Shown here one piece after another: positions 48,481 to 60,570 of a DNA stretch of 64,000 bases (positions are counted from its first letter, which is position 1; the number at the start of each line of letters is the position of its first letter). The position numbers and the translations under genes were made by a program. The notes below the pieces were generated by a model. That model saw nothing but the letters and a program-made list of their open reading frames with translations. It was not told where the DNA came from and did no database searches. The stretch is from Asterias rubens (lineage: Eukaryota), in the NCBI RefSeq assembly GCF_902459465.1, contig NC_047068.1:5952001-6016000 (forward strand), written 5' to 3'.

Positions 48481-50815
48481 CCGGAATACTTTATACCCAT
48501 GTTTCTGGTTCTCATAGCAATCACCCTTGTCTTACAGGTTTCCTCAGTCTTGCAAGAAGCCACAGTGGTAAAGTTCACCTTAAGGTATCCATAGTCTCAT
48601 TACCAGAAATATATATAAAAAAATGGCTAACAAAATTTATGAATTAAACTTACATTTTTTATAGTTTTTCTTCGATGCAGCCTGCAGCAACAAGCACAAT
48701 TCCTTCTTTAAGCGAACACGGAGGAACGCGTCTGGTTGCGTCTTTACTTTAAGTCAAAATGTGGATTTTTCATCACTGTATTCGCAAAGCATAAACGATT
48801 TAAGGCCATACCAAAACTAAACTAAGTTTCCAGTCCGGTAGCGTGGCTCCTATAAACAATTTTTTTTTTAGATTAAGTATTATTTGATGTCTGATTTATG
48901 CCCTTCACTGTCTTTGATCGGCACAACGGTAATTATATTAATTACAGTAATAGTAACTATAAAAAAAAACCTAATACAAACAATAACATTTACATATACA
49001 TGTGCAATGGTCAAAATGGAAACGTAAGCTTAGCTAAGAAATCAAGAAAAAAATTAAGAAATAAAACATAACAAATATTTGTAAAATATCTAAGGGTAAA
49101 AACAAACCATTTTACTCAAATACTTGATTGACAAGATGATTCTTACGAATTTTTTTTTTTAAATTGGGTTAAACAAACAAGTATTTGAATACACTTGCCC
49201 TCAGGGGTAATATTAGTATCATAAAAAAAATGCAATAATGGGAAAGCAATAACTTAGATCTACCAGTATATTGCCAATCATTACAAGGACGCGACGAATA
49301 AAAGAAAGAAAGAAAGAAAAACCCAAAACGAGAAAAGAATATCCAACGCATCATTTGTTTTAAAGCCAATTAAGCCTTTGAGCCTAATGGCATTAATAAA
49401 CAAATTAGAGACTACTTATATTGTCATATTGAAGTTGGAAATGATCGCCTCAAACATTACTTTAATGAAAGACAAATTAATGCTAGTCAGAGCATGGAGG
49501 AATAAATGGTCAGAGTGAGTGCCGCGGTCTGGTGCATAGCCAAGCTGTGTGTTGCATGGTGTACCCCCCCCCCCCCCCCACAAACACAATGGCAATAGAA
49601 ACTTGGGGCACTCCCCGCCATGCATTCCTGCCACATTGTTGGGTATGCTGTAATATTGTGCAATATTGTGCAGTGGGACTCGTTTCTAGACATTGGATTG
49701 GAATCAAGTCATGATTATCTCTTCATCAAGACACTTGAACATTACGTCTAAGCGGTCCACCATTTTGAAGATCCGCATGTTTGACTCAACAAAATGGCGG
49801 ACGTGTTAATAAAGTAAAATGAAAACCACAATTTCGAGGTATACTCGTTTGGATCAATATATTCTACTTTTAAAACATCTTTCCCACAATTTTGTTTAAT
49901 AACAAACGCTTTTATAACCAAAAGACACACAAACCCGAATGCAATTGTCCCTCTAAAGTGCTGCCAGGCTAAATTTATCCAGATATGAATATTTTACTGA
50001 CATGATTAAAGTTGGTCCATAAATACACTTCAGATATACATTTACCTCACAAGGGATTGTTATAACTAAATATTTTATGAGTTATACAGATCTGGAAAAG
50101 CCCATAATCGACACTGTATGTGCTGTATACCACGTCCAATTGCACTTAGACCCGTTACGATAGTGCATCTACACTTCCCTCATACCACCAACGACCAATT
50201 TGATAGACGTAGATGGCCAAAAGCACTCTCTCACTAGTCTATTTATATTAGACACCAATAAGTTGGACTATTGTTGTTTGTGACGCAGGGCCAAATTAGT
50301 TTGTGCTTACTCTTTATAGCGCTGCTAACCGTATAAGCACACGAAAATCAATGACGTCATCACATAGCAAATCCATAGTGAACTAGCAAGATGGCCGCAT
50401 GCTTTTCTTGCTAACCTCTGAAACGTTTACACTTTAGCAAATGTTTCTGCTACTAGTAAGCACGGACATTTGCATTCCGTTAGTTAAATGCAAATGTCCG
50501 TGCTTGCTAGTGATATATTGGTAATTACTCAAAATAATTGTCAGCATAAAACGTTACTTTGTCACAAGCAATGGAGAGGTTTTCGATAGTTATAAAACAT
50601 TGTGAAAACGGCTCCCCCTGACGTAGTTTTGAAAAATATTCGAGACCTCATAATTAGATTCTGACCAATAATTTGAGCCCAAATTTCCACAACAAATTTG
50701 TTATTTTACGTTTGGGATACACCAAGTGAGAACACTGGTCTTTGACAATCTTATTACCAAAGGTGTCCAGAGCTCTTTCCAGATGACGCAGGTACAAAGC
50801 CCCGCTCTATACTTC

Positions 50816-50846
<31 letters not shown>

Positions 50847-51464
50847 TCCCCTGCGGTTCATTACTTACTTTATTTTAGTTGTAAGCCCAATGCAGCTTTT
50901 GTGCATTGATTGTTTACGCCTCAATCAAGCAACCACACCGAACAGATTCCCGGTCAAAAATGGCTGTCTTTTTTTATTATATAAAATGTTTCATTAACTC
51001 CATAGATGCAAGTTTTAGCCACACAATAAACGGGTAATAAATTATTATAAAACAGAACGACATTCAGCGCCAACAATCGCCATTATCGAAAATTAATTGC
51101 CGTCAAAGGAACCGTCCATTAGCTCACAATGAGGGGGGAGTTTAAAACAAAGACAGAAAACGCATATACAACATACAAAGAGAAAGACACCCTTTTTCAG
51201 CGCAACTTTGTGGAATTGCATCAACGCAAAGTTCCACACTGTTTTGTTGTTTAAAATATTACAAAATATGAAAGGTTGACTGGATTGTCGCATTTTTCTG
51301 TTCACCTGTTCCCCCTGTTGTGAACATTTCCAATTCTTGAAGCAATAAAGGAATGATAAAGCCCTGAGTTGATCCCAAGGTAATGTTTATATTTTTGTAA
51401 TGGCAAGACTAGTGGGTGGGAGTAGAGCGCCTCAGCACCTAGAAAAACATTGCCACTTTGGTCG

Positions 51465-51809
51465 TTAAAGCCCTGGACATACACCTTTGGTATTTATTGT
51501 CAACAACTAGTATTCCCACTTGGTGTTTCCCAACATATGTATCACCTAACAGATCTGTGGAAATTTGGACTCAATTGGTCATGGAAGTTGCAAGAAAACT
51601 ATCAAAGGAAAACACACTTGTTGCACAAAAGTGTGTGTTTTCAGATGCCTAAAACATGCTTCGGTCTGAAGTATTGTAATATTTGAGTGAGAAATTAGCC
51701 CTTTCTCAAAAACTATGTTACTTCAGAGGAAGCCGTTTCTCACAATGTTTTATACTAAAGGTTTTGTGCTAACAATTATTCAAGTAATAACCAACAGTGT
51801 CCAGTACCT
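51465..51809. mobile_element. Family A MITE (further copies/fragments at ~10390-10545, 13560-13640, 22500-22790, 29370-29480, 33780-33990, 50515-50770)
   Basis: Shared internal blocks and TIR remnants. Confidence 0.75.
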
Positions 51810-52308
51810 TTAAAAATCACTATCACTACGGTCTTATTGTTAGGCATTTATTACGTGGGCAAACCATTAAAATAGAGAGAAAACAGAGCCTTGTGAACAT
51901 TAATTTGTTGTATATAGACCCGTAAAATATTCGATTATTTAAATATAGGTCTGAGAGCACAATAAAGGGGACACCCAATTGTGACCTGGGGGTTGACTTC
52001 AGGTGAGGGGACATTTTTTCAAGATTGCCGCTCAGACTTTGGAAAAGTGTAAGAATATGTTGACTTCAGGTGAGGGGACATTTTTTCAAGATTGCCGCTC
52101 AGACTTTGTAAGTGTAAGAATAACTCGACCGCCTTTGGGATTCTCCATGTCAAATTAAGCAGAGAATACTGCTTAACAATTATCTGCTGAGCAGAAATGA
52201 GCAGGATGCCAGTCACGCATTCTACAACACAAGTGACATGGTAGTTTGGCTGGTAACCTTATTATTGTAAGCATAGTTTTGTTGTGCTAAATTGCTTTCT
52301 GCACTTAA

Positions 52309-52671
52309 AGGCAGTGGACACCTTGGTAATTACTCAAAATAATTATTTTACATAAAACCTTACTTGAAATCGAGTAATGGGGAGAAGTTGATAGTAAAAA
52401 TCATTGTACGAAACGGCTCCCTTTAAAGTAATGTAGTTTTCGAGAAAGAAGTAATTTTCCACGAATTTGAATTCGACACCTCAGAATTAGAACTTGAGGT
52501 CTCGAAATCAAGCATCTGAAAGCACACAACAATGAACTTCTTTCATTATTATCTCGCAACTTCGACGACCAATTGAGCTTAAAGGTTCACAGGTTTGTTA
52601 TTGTATGCATATGGTGAGATACACCAAGTGAGAAGACTGGTCTTTGACAATTACCAATAGATCCAAGGTCT
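52309..52671. mobile_element. Family A MITE
   Basis: TTAA|AGGCAGTGGACAC ... TTAA. Confidence 0.8.
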
Positions 52672-53074
52672 TTAATCAGCTCTATGAAATCGGGTCATAA
52701 AAATTATAGTTGGGGTAAGTTCCTTTAAGGGAGGGAGTAGGCATGGAACATTGGGCCTCAAAAATGGACAAATGGATTTTCAAGGGAATTGTTAATTAAC
52801 AATGGACTAAATATTGAAATAAAATTCAGAGCTGTATTTCATTTTTCTTGTTTATTTTAAAGCACATAAATAATGTTAGTATATATATGTTTCCCGGAAA
52901 ATAAATTGGGTTTTATTTTTTACTTTTTTGGTTAGTTATGTTAGCTGATATAATTTAAATAATAGATGAACAGGTTTACTAACTAAACATTGTAATTACA
53001 CGCATATTCAGCTATGAAATCAATCAAACTTTTCGGTAATTGTCAGGTTGCTAAAAACACAAGACGAAACCAAT

Positions 53075-53660
53075 CAACCCTTAACAATCCTACTGCGTGA
53101 CCATTCAATATGATTCACTGTGGTTTTGAATGATGGATAGACTATTTCAGCCTGCAATATGATGTCACATTGTGAATGCAAAGTACACAGTCAACCCTCC
53201 TACTGCCTGACCATCAAATATAATCTATTGTGGTTTTAAATAATGACAGATCATAAACTTCGTGCAAATTCGAATGTGCCCACCCAAACTTGCTCCTTGC
53301 CAGCATGAATATGATGTCACAGTACACAGTTAACCCTCTTACTGTCCGACCATTCAATATCATCCACTGTGGTTCAGAATGGTAAACTATGCCAGCCTGC
53401 ATGATGATATCATGTGGTGAACCATACCACACAGTACAAAGTCAAATATCTGGTCATTCAATATATCAGACATTTTGGTTTGATACAGTACAGAGCTAAC
53501 CCTCCTACTATCTGACCATTCAATATCACCCATACCACTATGGTTTTGAATGATAGATAAACTATGCCAGCCTGCAATATGATATCATGTGGTCAATGCA
53601 TATACACAATACACAGTCAACCCTCCTACTGTCTGACTTATCAATATCACATCCACTGTT
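53075..53660. repeat. Degenerate ~100-115-bp tandem array (x~5)
   Basis: Recurrent AACCCTCCTACT..CTGACCATTCAATAT...TGGTTTTGAATGA...CAGCCTGCA.TATGAT blocks. Confidence 0.8.
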
Positions 53661-54590
53661 AATTCAAACGCCTGGGTCATTTTGGGCGGATTTTTGGTCG
53701 ATTGGACAGAATTTTTTTTTCATTTACAAGTAGTTAACTTTTTGTGTTTTACTTCGGCCAACAACAGTTTTGGTTTTTGTGTGAACATTTTATATGCAAA
53801 CAAACTGTATATAAAGAGCAACTTTTCCCATCAAATAGATCACTTTATTTTAATCAATTAGACATGCAAACTATGCTATGCTTCCTATTTTTCAAAAACT
53901 AATCAGATTAAACTATCTTTTTTTAAATGGAATTGACAGGGTAGCATGCAAGGCAGGAATTATCTTCAAGCCAATTTGGCTCCTTGACTCTGTTTGGTTG
54001 ACCTATACAAACAAGAGGTTTTATATAAACTCATGTTGAATGTGTTGTGCTGTTCTAACTCTGTGTATTGCGCAGCTGCGCTATTCTAAGCTATACGCAA
54101 AAAGTACAGCTGTTCCAACAGCTCTGATTGCGTTGAGATGCACGTCAAGTTTGCTGGAAGATAAATTTGTCATCACGCACACTCTTGTGAAACATCAAAA
54201 AATATAGCGCTTCACACTCTTGTGAAATATGGAAAAATATAGCGCTTCTGCGTCCCATATCCAACTCACCCTTTTGCCTTGTTGGATCGATATAGGATGC
54301 AGAGGTGCTTTACTTTTCTGTATCCCACTTAAGCTTGTGTGACACTGATAACAAATACAACTAGACAATAATTAAATTGTATTGAAGGCATGGTACAACA
54401 TCAGCGATCTTGGCGAAATATCTTACAACCTTCAAAGCAGCCCTGATACACCTGTACTTGGTTCTCATACAGACAAGACCGGCTTTCCCTAGTAAAGGGC
54501 ACCTCTAGCAAGGTACTGATTATTTTTACTGGAACGTTATCATGGCAAGTAGCAATGCTGGTATTTTAAACAATTGTACCTAGTGGCATT

Positions 54591-55014
54591 CTGTGGTAAC
54601 AGTGTCAGCTGTACGAACAAAACAAATACATGCACCCAAGTGCTAGCCTAGAAGGTATGGTACTTTGCGGCAATCTGTGGTAACAGTGTCAGCTGTACGA
54701 ACAAAACAAATACATGCACCCAAGTGCTAGCCTAGAAGGTATGGTACTTTGCGGCAATCTGTGGTAACAGTGTCAGCTGTACGAACAAAACAAATACATG
54801 CACCCAAGTGCTAGCCTAGAAGGTATGGTACTTTGTGGCATTCTGTGGTAACAGTGTCAGCTGTACGAACAAAACAAATACATGCACCCAAGTGCTAGCC
54901 TAGAAGGTATGGTACTTTGTGGCATTCTGTGGTAACAGTGTCAGCTGTACGAACAAAACAAATACATGCACCCAAGTGCTAGCCTAGAAGGTACGGTACT
55001 TTGCGGCAATCTGT
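54591..55014. repeat. 84-bp tandem repeat x5, nearly identical units
   Basis: Units start at 54591, 54675, 54759, 54843 and 54927. Confidence 0.97.
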
Positions 55015-55896
55015 AGTGCCAGTGTATAGGATGGTTTTAATAAGAAAAGTAGGAATTAATACAGCTTTCTAGTTTTAAAAAATACCAACAATGGGTCAAA
55101 GAGCTATGAGATGAATGAAACAACAACCATAATTTTGTAATGAAGTTTTCATTCTCTACCCTCTCTTTCATTTCAAAGAAATGTTGCAACTTGCCTTTAA
55201 AGGCACAATTTATAACTGTAACAAATATTTAAAATAACTAGTAAATAATGTCTTTATAAATATGGAAATAGTTAGGCTGTATTAGGTTTGATATTCACAA
55301 TCAGTTATCTTATGTACACATTACCACTATTAGGGGTGGATAATGGGAGCTGGTAAAACTTTAAATACTTTGTTACATGTATGTATATTAAATAAACACA
55401 ACACAACAGTAAAACGAAACATAAACACAAGAAAAGTGTTAAAATATTGAAGAGAATGCTATAGTGAACCCGATTCATACACAACTCCAGGCCTGCTGTT
55501 ACAAGGACCCAATTTCATACAGCTGCTAAGCACACATTTGCTTAGCATGAAATTTTCATTTGTTGCATATTGCCTGTCACTGGCATTTAGCTTTTTCTTT
55601 TTTTTTTGCTTATCCTGAAAATCGTGTGGAAATTTTTTGGAAAATCATGTTTTTATCATGGCAAAAATGTCATGCTATTAAGCAAATTTGTGTGCTTATC
55701 AGCTCTATTAAATTGCACCCTTGAGGCAACAAAGACCATCGTCGCTATTGCCCCAAACTGTAATCATCAGTACTAAGGTCTTCTTTTAGTTTTTGTGGAT
55801 TTAAGGAAAGCATTTCGAAGCCACGCATATAAATATTTATGTTACCTGCAACAAGAAACAACTTGTGACAAATCAAGTTCTTTTGGGGCCATGCAT

Positions 55897-56031
55897 AAAG
55901 TTTAAAGTTAGTTTGACTGTCTCCTTTCTCTGTGACATTTGAAAGTTTAAAGTTAGTTTGACTGTCTCCTTTCTCTGTGACATTTGAAAGTTTAAAGTTA
56001 GTTTGACTGTCTCCTTTCTCTGTGACATTTG
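55897..56031. repeat. 45-bp tandem repeat x3
   Basis: Units start at 55897, 55942 and 55987. Confidence 0.95.
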
Positions 56032-56393
56032 ATTACTATCGTGTCTCAGACCAATGTACAAATGTACAACACTTTGAAATCTGTACTGGACGGCACAATG
56101 TATTTTGCTCCGAGTGCTGGGAAAACACTGTGCCTCCTGAGCAGGCACGCCCACCACCTCCCATCGTAGCTACAACATTTAATGCAACATAATTTGTCTT
56201 TCTGTGTGCCTTTTGGGTGGAAAGATAAAATAGTTGTTTACTTCAGCTAGTTTGTACGTGTTCGTTGACCTATGAGCAGCCACATCTTTGCATAGAGGGC
56301 GCCCTTGCATGAAAATGCCCAAACCAGATTGCACTAGTCTAGATTCTAACTTTGATTTTAAAGTCTACATTTCTACCCCCAATTAAATGATGG

Positions 56394-59300
56394 TTATGTG
56401 TCTTCCCTAAACGTACCATTCATTCTTTCTAGCCTTGCAAAGTGGGCGTTACGTAGAACCCTGTTGACCGTCTCGTAATGGGCGCATTCACCCGTGGGTT
56501 CCTCACTGGGCGTATCCCCGTGTTCCCCGGAGACGAGATTCAGGTTACTGAGTGCTGTGCATGTGGAGGAGTCTATGTTTACTGAGTTTATATGTTGTGG
56601 ATTATTATTGTGCGGCGATGGCAAGTGGCCGTTGACGTGGTGTGGTGGAACGGAAGACGCGAGATTTTGATCCGATGAACAGTGTGGTTGAGCGGCTGCA
56701 GCTGATTGGCCGTTGAAGCAAGCGCCATTCTGCTGCAGAAAACGAAATTTGAGTCAAGGTCATTTCGACACCACTGGAGATATTACTTTAGGAAAAAATT
56801 AGCTATACGCTTTTCCAAGGAAAACACCTGTAATCATGTTTTATTTGTTTTGCTTTTTCGGACTTTGTCAGGCATGAGGGGTTGGAGGCAGGTAAGGCTC
56901 ACAAAGTCATTGAACTCTTGCAGACTTCAAAAATTAGGTTCAATAATTGGGAATGATGATTCAAATCTACGTTACCTGTAAATATCTTCTTGAGTCGTCC
57001 AATTCATCAGTTCCATTTAAACCATTTAAATGATTATTGCTAAGAAGAGCACTGTAAACAAAGAAATGATTAATTGTCATAATTATTAAAAGAAATGAAA
57101 AACTGATTGGTGGACGCAGCAAAGATGTTGTGTTTTTACAGAGAAAATAAGTTGAAATATTTGTGTTTTTTTTTACTTTGGTTTAAAAACATTTGACATT
57201 GTTAAAAATTACATGCGTACAAAATCAAACATTATAATTACAAAGACAATCAACATCAAAGTCCAAGTATAGTCGGATGAAAGGAAAAACCTTAAAATAC
57301 TATGATTAAAATACAATTAGCAATGCAAAAGTTATCACAGAGAAGTACAAAAACAAAAGGATTGTTTTTAAACGGAATAATGCAGCACATGTTTTATACA
57401 ATTTAAACAAAAGCAAGTCATGGCCTGGTTTACAGCCACAAAGCTGTGCTTAAAAAAATAGGACATATTTTCAGAAAACTGGCAGTGCAAAACACGGCTG
57501 GCTAGCTAAAATGTTGAATAAGATACAAATAACTTTAAAAGACAGGACATACATCATTATATACAATTGATTTATAAACACTTCAAAATGTTGAAATACT
57601 TAACAAAGAAAAAAAATATCACAAAGGATAAAAAGATACAAAATACAAAACATCAAGGGTTCTGCCAAGGATTTTTTGACTGGTGGAAAAATGTTTCTCT
57701 GGAAACCATTGCGAGATGGATCAGTTACATGATATTCATATAATAGACTCAAATCGAAGAAGTGACAAAAAATAAATGCTTTGGATACCATGTTTACGTC
57801 GAAAGGAAATTGCAAGTGTAATTCAAATTTTGTTTAAATGTACAGTGGTCGGAAACCGAGGAAATTCCTCCAGTGGTGGTTGGGGAATCCTGAGTGCCAG
57901 GCGGGTTTTCTGGCACCGACCACTGTAGGTAGAACGCTAGATACATCTAGTATAAAATATTTTTTTAAAGGAAAATTGTGATTAAATATAAAGATGTGAA
58001 TAACAAACCTATTTAGGTTGAAGTCATTTCTCTTAGGTGAAGGTAAGAGGTCTGTCTCCTCTTCCAGGTCACGATTTCTTTTCCTGCTAAAAGTATATTA
58101 AAAAAATAGAGAATCTCTCACATCTCTATTTTCTTCACAAATAAAAAAATAATAATAATAACTTGATTTATATAGTGCCAAATTACCAAAGGATGCAAGG
58201 CCTTTATAACTTAAAGGGAAAAGTAAAACAAAAAAAAAGTCTTGAGAACAGCACTTGAGCTTCGCTATTGTTTTTAGGGCAAGGGCACCAAGGTGTTTTT
58301 TACTTTGTAAAGGACTTTGTAAAGGGCACCCCCATATTGTTAGCCATAGTGATGTCTGTGTGTCCTTTGGACACCCTGTTGTAAACTTGGAAACCCTGTT
58401 TTGTCTGGCATTTCAGAATTGTAAGTGAACAATTTGGACGCCCAGTTTTTTATATTTTATTTCCCGGCAAACTTGAACACCCTTTCACCCAATCCAAGCT
58501 GAAACCTTGGGCACCTTTATGTATGGGGAAATTGTAAATTATGTTCTATTGGAATATTTCAATGGGTATCAGGGCAATGACCAGGGGCAACGGAGGCAGT
58601 AGGAGACTTTCTGGGACTAAAGGTGGCAGCAGACTTACCCAGTAAAGCCATTGTTCTCAGAACTATGCGCATGTTCAGAACTACGTAAACAATGGAAATT
58701 TACACGAAAAGTCTGCTGCCACCTTGCGTAAGAAAGTCTCTCATTGCCTCGGTTGCCTGCATGTAAAGTATGAGTCTTGCACTAGAGTTTAAAGATGTCT
58801 ATAAAATAACACCTTTAATGTTATAGCAAAACAACCGTTTCCCATCCAACCTCAATTTCAGTTTAATTAAAGGCCATCTCAGCAACCATGCCGGTTTCGG
58901 CACAGTGTAGTATTAGAAGATGCAGATGATCATAAGTGGGCGTCGACCTGTCGACAATTGTAGCAGTCATTTTTGGTCTACGACCTTTATTAAGGTACAC
59001 TCCATACAGTTAGAACACGGACCTGCCTTCGGTCGCACTAAATACCGAAACCTCACGACCCCTCACGACCCCAATTTTTAAACATAAGTCAACCATTAAA
59101 TATATGCACAAGAGTCATATGCATCAAGAGTCATATGCATCTAAATCACTTTTAAACTGTTCAAAATTTTGTTCTTTTAACTGTAAAAAAAAGATGTTTT
59201 TTACCCCGAATTTAGTAGCAAACGGAAATATTCGCCATGTTGTCTTTCGACGTACTTGGACGATTCTATTACACCGCAAGTGGCATGGGTAATTTCTGAG

Positions 59301-60362
59301 GGATGAGTTTGTTTTTTTTTAGTGTTTTTTTTAGCTGCTGTTTTTTTTCTTCTTTCTTGTTTGTAACTAAGCCGTCACTCTGGAATTTGATAAAAGGGAA
59401 GGTGTAAATATAATATTTTTAAAAACTTTATGGGGACGTGAGAGGCACATAAAATGGTAAATAATCAACTTGCATATTGTATCACCCCTGCGGTGTAATG
59501 GAATCGTCCAAGTACGTTGAAAGACAACATGGCGGATATTTCCGTTCGTTACTAAATTCGGGGTAAAAAACACTTTTTGTACACCCCCTGGCCCTGCCTT
59601 TGCTTATTAATATTTAAAGACCTTGAAATCATTACCAAAATGCAATGACCTTTCATACAAATTTACAGCACCAACAGTACACCTCAGGGACCCACCTCAG
59701 AACCCTCTGTCTGTCAGTGTCTGTACTAGGAAAAGTTTCCGTATGGCGCCACCACTTTTTCATTCGCAATAAAATAATATAGTATCTAATTTACCTGATT
59801 GATATATCCCTTTTTGTAAAAATGAGTGAAAAAGTGGTGGCGCCATACGGAAAGTTATCCCTGTACTAAACTACAAGCCCTGTGTGTTTGTACTTTCAAC
59901 AAATCTCAATCTGTCTCTACTCTCTGGGACTCTGTCGTGTCTTCCTCCTTTTTTCTGTTCGGCCCAAAAAATATATCTTACATTTTACAAAAGTAATCTT
60001 TGAAATTTCAAGTAGAAATACAGAATGGACAATATAGAAATATATTCTGAATACTTGGCTCGAATGTATGCATGGTTTTCATTGTGTTGAGCAAGTGAGA
60101 AATTCCGACTTGATTGAAATCGAGAGGGCTCAGTCTCTAGAAAAATAGGAGTCCAGTCTCAACTGTTGTTTCCATGATTCTTAAAGTTAAAGTGCCGTGT
60201 TTGTGACTGAACTTTTATACACTTTCCATTTCCACGGTGTCCCAAACCCATCAACTCTTTTCACCTTCTAATATTATACGGGGAGAAAGGAAAACTCACA
60301 ATGAAAAATGGAAATTACAGTCAAAGTCTGAGGCATATTTACCTGGATTTTGTTTGTGTCAT
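56394..60362 (-). CDS. FAM104: FAM104 / VCP nuclear cofactor (VCF)-like protein, 170 aa; exons 60362-60343, 58086-58009, 57051-56976, 56732-56394
   Basis: MTQTKS|SRKRNRDLEEETDLLPSPKR (NLS-like, cf. the RKR...KR of FAM104A) ... C-terminal HYETVNRVLRNAHFARL, resembling the FAM104 helix YxxINxxLREAHFxxL. Four GT-AG exons, phases 2,2,0, total 513 nt. Confidence 0.72.
57841..57927. mobile_element. Tiny TA-flanked MITE (Tc1/mariner-like termini)
   Basis: TA|CAGTGGTCGG ... CCGACCACTG|TA. Confidence 0.65.
59736..59853. mobile_element. Small MITE
   Basis: Inverted arms TTTCCGTATGGCGCCACCACTTTTTCA / TGAAAAAGTGGTGGCGCCATACGGAAA. Confidence 0.7.
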
Positions 60363-60570
60363 TTTCGCTCGATCATCGATCCTCAGTCAGCCAAACAGCG
60401 CCCTCTCGAGTTTGTTATTTTGTTTTTCCATAATTCAAGAGGTCATTGACCTTTAACATGTGCGAAAAATGTCAACACAAGTTCAGCATAGTTCTCAGAC
60501 GTCATTCATGCTAATTTGAACGTAAAGAGTGCAGGAAGTCTGACTACTCAATATATTTTTGCTTGCAAGC
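60363..60570. promoter_or_regulatory. Bidirectional promoter between FAM104-like and GRWD1
   Basis: Divergent ATGs only 208 bp apart; contains CAGCGCCCTCTCG (CTCF-like) and TGACGTCA-like sequence (AGACGTCA). Confidence 0.7.

Noticed and set aside
48535-48730. Two plus-strand exon-like segments (VSSVLQEATVVKFTL / LQQQAQFLL*)
   Set aside because: Short, with no start exon or homology; could be lncRNA or chance.
51306-51438. 133-nt minus-strand open segment with AG/GT boundaries (GAEALYSHPLVLP...)
   Set aside because: No recognisable homology or partner exons; sits between MITEs.
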